Of a stretch of 64,000 nucleotides of DNA, positions 59,262-64,000 are shown in pieces. How positions within the stretch are numbered: position 1 is the first letter of the stretch; each line of letters opens with the position of its first letter. The translations under genes were made by a program, and so were the position numbers. This DNA is from Squalus acanthias (taxonomy: Eukaryota), in contig CM059431.1 of assembly GCA_030390025.1 (NCBI GenBank), forward strand, positions 124,002,001 to 124,066,000. The letters are read 5' to 3'. Below the pieces are notes generated by a model. It saw only the letters and a program-made list of their open reading frames with translations. It was not told the origin of the DNA and searched no databases.

Positions 59262-59868
59262 AGTGACTGCACACGAGTGGTCAAGGTCAGTGAATTCATC
59301 TTCAAATGCCATATCTCACCATCTGCACCATTAGCCTCACATACTGCTCAATGGACCACAACCCCATCCCTCACTTACCAACAATCTCTACCAAGCATGA
59401 CTCACACCTAACATTCATAGCTTCACCGCACCCTCACACACTTACCACTGCTACACGCCTCACACAGACATCTCATAGCTTGCACACAGTATCAGTTATT
59501 CAACCATGGCAGGAATATCACCAAAACATATTGCACCACACTCACTGACACAGTTCCCTTTCTCTTGCAGAACAAGGTGGCAAACAACCAGCGCCATCAG
59601 GACCTAACCAGCGGAGGTGAGGCACGCCTGCATAGCCTGACCCACATGGAAGAGATGCTGCTGGCCATTAGTGGGAGGGCCATCGCTGAGGCTGTGGCCG
59701 GCAGTGGGGCTGAAAGAATACAAGATGCTGGTACCCTCATACATAATCCTCCTTCTCACATCCCACTTCCCCCTCATCCCACAATCTCTTCTGATTTACA
59801 AGCTGCACATGGTGTAAGCATGTACCTTGTACATTTCCCCCGTCCCGTCACCACAACCTTACCCTTGT

Positions 59869-60431
59869 GCCTGGAGTACTGTACACACTTTTGGTCTCCT
59901 TATCTAAGGAAGGATATACTTGCCTTGGAGGCGGTGCAACAAAGGTTCACTAGATTGATTCCTGGGATGAGAGAGCTGTCCTATGATGAGAGATTGTGTA
60001 GAATGGGCCTATACTCTCTGGAGTTTAGAAGAATGCGAGGTGATCTCATTGAAGCATACAAGATTCTGAAGGGGATTGACAGGGTAGATGCTGAGAGGTT
60101 GTTTCCCCTGGCTGGACTGTCTAGAACTAGGGGGCATAGTCTCAGAATAAGGGGTAGGCTATTTAAGACTGAGATTAGGAGGAATTTCTTCACTCAGAGG
60201 GTTGTAAATCTTTGGAATTCTCTGCCCCAGAGGGCTGTGAATGCTCAGTCTTTGTGTATATTCAATGCTGAGATAGATAGATTTTTGGACTCTAGGGGAA
60301 TCAAGGGATAAGGAGATCGTGCGGGAAAGTGGAGTTGAGGTCGATAATCAGCCATGATCTTATTGAATGGTGGAGTAGGCTCAAGGGGCTATATGGCCTA
60401 CTCCTGCTCTTATTTCTTATGTTCTTATGTA
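59869..60431 (+). mobile_element. CR1 3' fragment in an intron of the Myb-like gene
   Basis: [13 protein letters not shown]...RGDLIE and a CTTATGTT tail. Confidence 0.92.
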
Positions 60432-61840
60432 CCTTTCTCCTTTCAGATAACCAAGAACTGATGCCTGGCCAGGCACTGGTGGAGGAGCACGAAATAGAAG
60501 AGCACCAAACACTGATGATGAAGACACAGCACCGTCACTCGATTTCACACTCGCAGCCACCAGCTAAGATAATGACACTCAGCGTAGTTTCGAGGATAGG
60601 TTAGAGGTGAGATCTGCATGTGGTGAGACACCGGGCACGTATGGCCTGCAGCCAGGGCAGGGGGAAAGATTAGCGCAGGTGCCAGTTCCCCAGAGGAAAA
60701 GGTTAACACGAGTTTTGCGAAAGTGGACTCAGATGAGGACTTTGATGGGGCGGCCTAAGAAGAATTTTGATGGATATGCACAATTAAATATTTGGTGCTT
60801 TGGAAGGCCTGCCAGAAAGCCTGAGTGCAATATCAAGGAGCATGGGAGAGTCTGGCACCAACCTTGAACAGGGCTTTGCGCAGAACTTGGAGCCCATGAT
60901 TTCCAGCATGGAAGTGATGGGCAACTCCATTAGCCCACTTGTGGACCCAACCATGATGCAACATCTGATGGCCGATGGCTCAGCTTCCGTGACAGCACTA
61001 GAAGCCACCCAATATCTGGGTGATGCAGTGGAAGCTCAGACTTCTGTCATGCAAGCTCAGACTGCTCTCATGCCGGCTCAGATTGCTGCCATGCAAGCTT
61101 AGATTGATGCCATCATGGCTGTGTTTACCAGTGTGGAAAGGGGCTTGCAGGGTGTCACAGCTGTCCAGTAATCTGTCCTCCAACAGATTACTAGGAGTGC
61201 TGAGGCGCCGCCTTGGGGGAGTGGCAGTGGCTCCATGGACCTTGAACCTGCTGGCCTCTCTCAGGATGACAGCATTTGTCCTCCCACCACTGCCATTCCG
61301 TCAGTGCCCTTGCTGTTGCCTGTCGACCAGCCAGCCCAGACTGCTGCCGCCCATGCGGAGGTGGAGCAGTCCGCAGCCGGGCCTTCTAGGCCCAGAGCTG
61401 CTCGAGTTCATCCTCCAAGGCCATCTGCAATCTCCTCCACTGAAATTCACCAGCCTTCCACCAGCCATGCTGCAGCCACTGGGGTAGCACTTCGTAGGAG
61501 CAGTAGGGCATGCAAAGGCACATGGAAGACAGGCACTAAGGGAATGCACAAGGGTGATTAGTTGACTTTGTTATGTAATATTGGATGGATTGATATATAT
61601 ATAGTTGGATTGGAATGTTTGTTTTGTGGTGGATTTTATTTCAGTATTGTGGCCAAGAGGACACTGTGATGGTCAGTAACAGAGGGGGTAAGGTGTGCAA
61701 CTATTGTTGAATGGAGAATTGGTGTTGCAATCATGGTACCGCAGTCAGATGAGTCGATCACGGATAGCCCGGGCAGAAAGGGACTGTCTGGGTTGCCTCC
61801 TCCCTTCCGCTTCATCCTCTTACACTTCCTCCTCTTCCCG

Positions 61841-61871
<31 letters not shown>

Positions 61872-61879
61872 AGCTGGTC

Positions 61880-62907
61880 GCTGTATGCCCCGTGGCAAGG
61901 GCTGTGCCCTCATGATTGTGAGGTTGTGGAGCATGCAGCAGACCACGACGAATCTTGAGACGCACTTTGGTGAGTACTGCAAGTCTCCTCCAGAGCGGTC
62001 CAGGCAGCAGAAGCGTTGTCTAAGGGTGCCAATGTTCTGCTCTATCAGATTCCATGTGGCAGCATTGCTTTTCTAATAAACATGCTGACCACATGTGCGC
62101 GGGTTGCGGAGCAGAGTCATGAGCCAGGTGGTCAGCATATGGCCCTTGTTGCCCAGTAGCCACCCTCTGGTTTGTCGTGGTGGCTCAAAGACTGAGGGAA
62201 CAGCGGACTGGCGTAGAATAAAAGCATCACAACTGCTGCCAAGATACCAGGCATTCATCATCATGATGTGCTGAGCATGGTCGCACACCAACTGCACATT
62301 CAGCAAGTGGAAACCTTTGCAGTTGCGGTACATCTCAGTATTTAGATGTGGCGCCCGTGAAGCTACGTGCATGTAGTCGATGGCGCCTGCACCATGGGGA
62401 AGCTCGCTATTCTGGCAAAGCCACGTGCACGCTCCGCCTGCTTCTCTCTGGTCAGTGAAAAGACAATGAAGTCCCCTCTCCTGGCATAAAGAACATCTGT
62501 CACTTCTCTTATGCAGCAGTGGATGGCAAACTGGGAGATGTTACAGATGTTACCTGCTCCAGCCTGGAAGGATCCCGACGCGAGGAAATTCAAGGCCACA
62601 GTCACCTTCACAGCCACTGGCAGCGCTGTCCTTGCCCTGGAGTGAGGCTGCAGGTCTGGTTGAAAGAGTTGATAGAGTTCTGTGAGCACCTCCTTCGTAA
62701 AGCACAGACACCTCACACACTGCTCCGGGCTCAGGCTAAGGTAAGAGAATTGCTCCCCGAAGACCCTAGGTGGGTAAGGCCTACTGCTGAGAGCCATTCT
62801 CCCCCCCTCCTCCTCCCTCTGCGAGCATCATGTTCTCTTCTTTGCTGTCTCTGCTCCATCTCCCTCTCATGCTGCAGGCCAAGGGAGATGACAACTACAG
62901 CACCCAT
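61880..62907 (-). pseudogene. Harbinger DDE transposase pseudogene
   Basis: VAVKVTVALNFLASGSFQ, KGFHLLNVQLVCD, DAFILRQS, GWLLGNKG; contains frameshifts and stops. Confidence 0.88.
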
Positions 62908-64000
62908 GACTGGTAGCAAGTGATCTGACCAGAAACCTTGAAGTCAGAACCAAGGCCTTCTTTACTTGCAGCACTCCTCTCTGTCACCTCACCAACTTTA
63001 AGCAACGCTGGAGAGCTCAAAACACTTCCACAAACTCACACAGAGTCAGTAAAAATTAATCAGCAACTCACTTGGGAGTGGTTGCTGACCCCTTTAAATA
63101 GCACTGTTGGAAGTCTTTGGTGCTGCTGCATGCCTGTTCAGCTGTGCGAGGTTAGGACAGGGCGTTAGCTCCAGCATTGAGGACAAAAATGGCAGCATTG
63201 GCATCAAATCAGCCCATTCACCATATTTCCGGTGCACGCTCCTAACCCCTGCCCTACCACCCTCACCAAGATGCCGTCCGGCGTGGCATGCACCAGAAGT
63301 GCGCGCGCACGGTGCGGACGCCATTTTCGTCACAAAACAGCACATGTAACACCGAAAAATCGTCCGCTACGGAACCGAATTTCTAGTTCCATCTTTCTTG
63401 TCTGTCCATTTGGCACACCGACAGCTCACAGCGTTTTTCAACTATTTAATCCAAACCACTGAGGGAGGAGTGATCATGTGTGGAACTTTGGTAAACTAAA
63501 TCCTTTACTATGAAATATTAATTCAGTAAAATGTTATGAAATTTAATAATGATGATGAGACAGCAGAAGACAGGAAGTACCAAAGGGACACAAGTATGGA
63601 ATACATTATGGAGCCAATAGAGTCTGCCTTAGATAAGCAGCGACAGTGTATGCAAAATTCTATTTCCTCTCTTCTAATTTACAGCATAATCCTTACCTTT
63701 GGATAGTCTGAAGGCTTCTATGTTGAAACTAGCTATTATAAATATCATTACTGTGTCAGGTCACATACTCATCTTTACTCATTATTTAGGGATGGTGTTT
63801 ACTGCTTGTGTCGACAAACTCTTAAGTGTTAGTCAATTGTATCAGAAAAAGAATTAGGACTTCAATGTTCCAATGTGAGAAACTGTATTTCATTAATAAA
63901 GAAGCTGTGAGCAACAGAGATAAAACTAATTCATATGGCATTAATTGAGGTTTACAGATAAAGTGTATTTATATTACCAAGTTCTGCCCATAATCTTTAT

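Larger units (their letters stand above)
56188..63366 (-). mobile_element. Harbinger transposon copy 3 with three nested insertions
   Basis: Myb-like gene (+, about 56490-61560) and transposase (-); related to copy 1 in the opposite orientation. Ends are approximate. Confidence 0.8.

Noticed and set aside
59565..60311. 248-aa ORF as a Myb-CR1 fusion gene
   Set aside because: Chance read-through from a Harbinger exon across its intron into an inserted CR1 fragment; the same applies to ORF 57863-58519.

Overview
This is eukaryotic, repeat-dense DNA with no host gene I can recognise. The repeat mix (CR1 LINEs with (CTTATGTT)n tails, Harbinger transposons and MITEs, Penelope, RTE) suggests a cartilaginous fish; that host assignment is inference. 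The main feature is a young 12.6-kb provirus (4350-16990) inserted into a CR1 LINE with a GTGC target-site duplication. It has near-identical 1,626-bp LTRs, an 18-nt tRNA-Arg(TCG) primer-binding site, and gag with a PSAPPSY late domain and a CCHC knuckle. A UGA-CUAG readthrough junction leads from gag into the protease. Pol carries a YVDD reverse transcriptase, a degenerate Ty3-type RNase H, a second intact RNase H and integrase. The intact env looks like a paramyxo/pneumovirus-type fusion (F) protein preceded by an immunoglobulin-like domain, which fits a lokiretrovirus-like lineage. The rest of the window holds an intact Penelope-like element with hammerhead ribozymes, three decayed two-gene Harbinger transposons, a Myb-only Harbinger derivative, two RTE LINEs nested in one CR1, many CR1 fragments and MITEs, and an orphan U5 fragment of a related provirus flanked by a 29-bp duplication. 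All family assignments come from reading motifs by eye; no database search was run, and the boundaries of old repeats are approximate.
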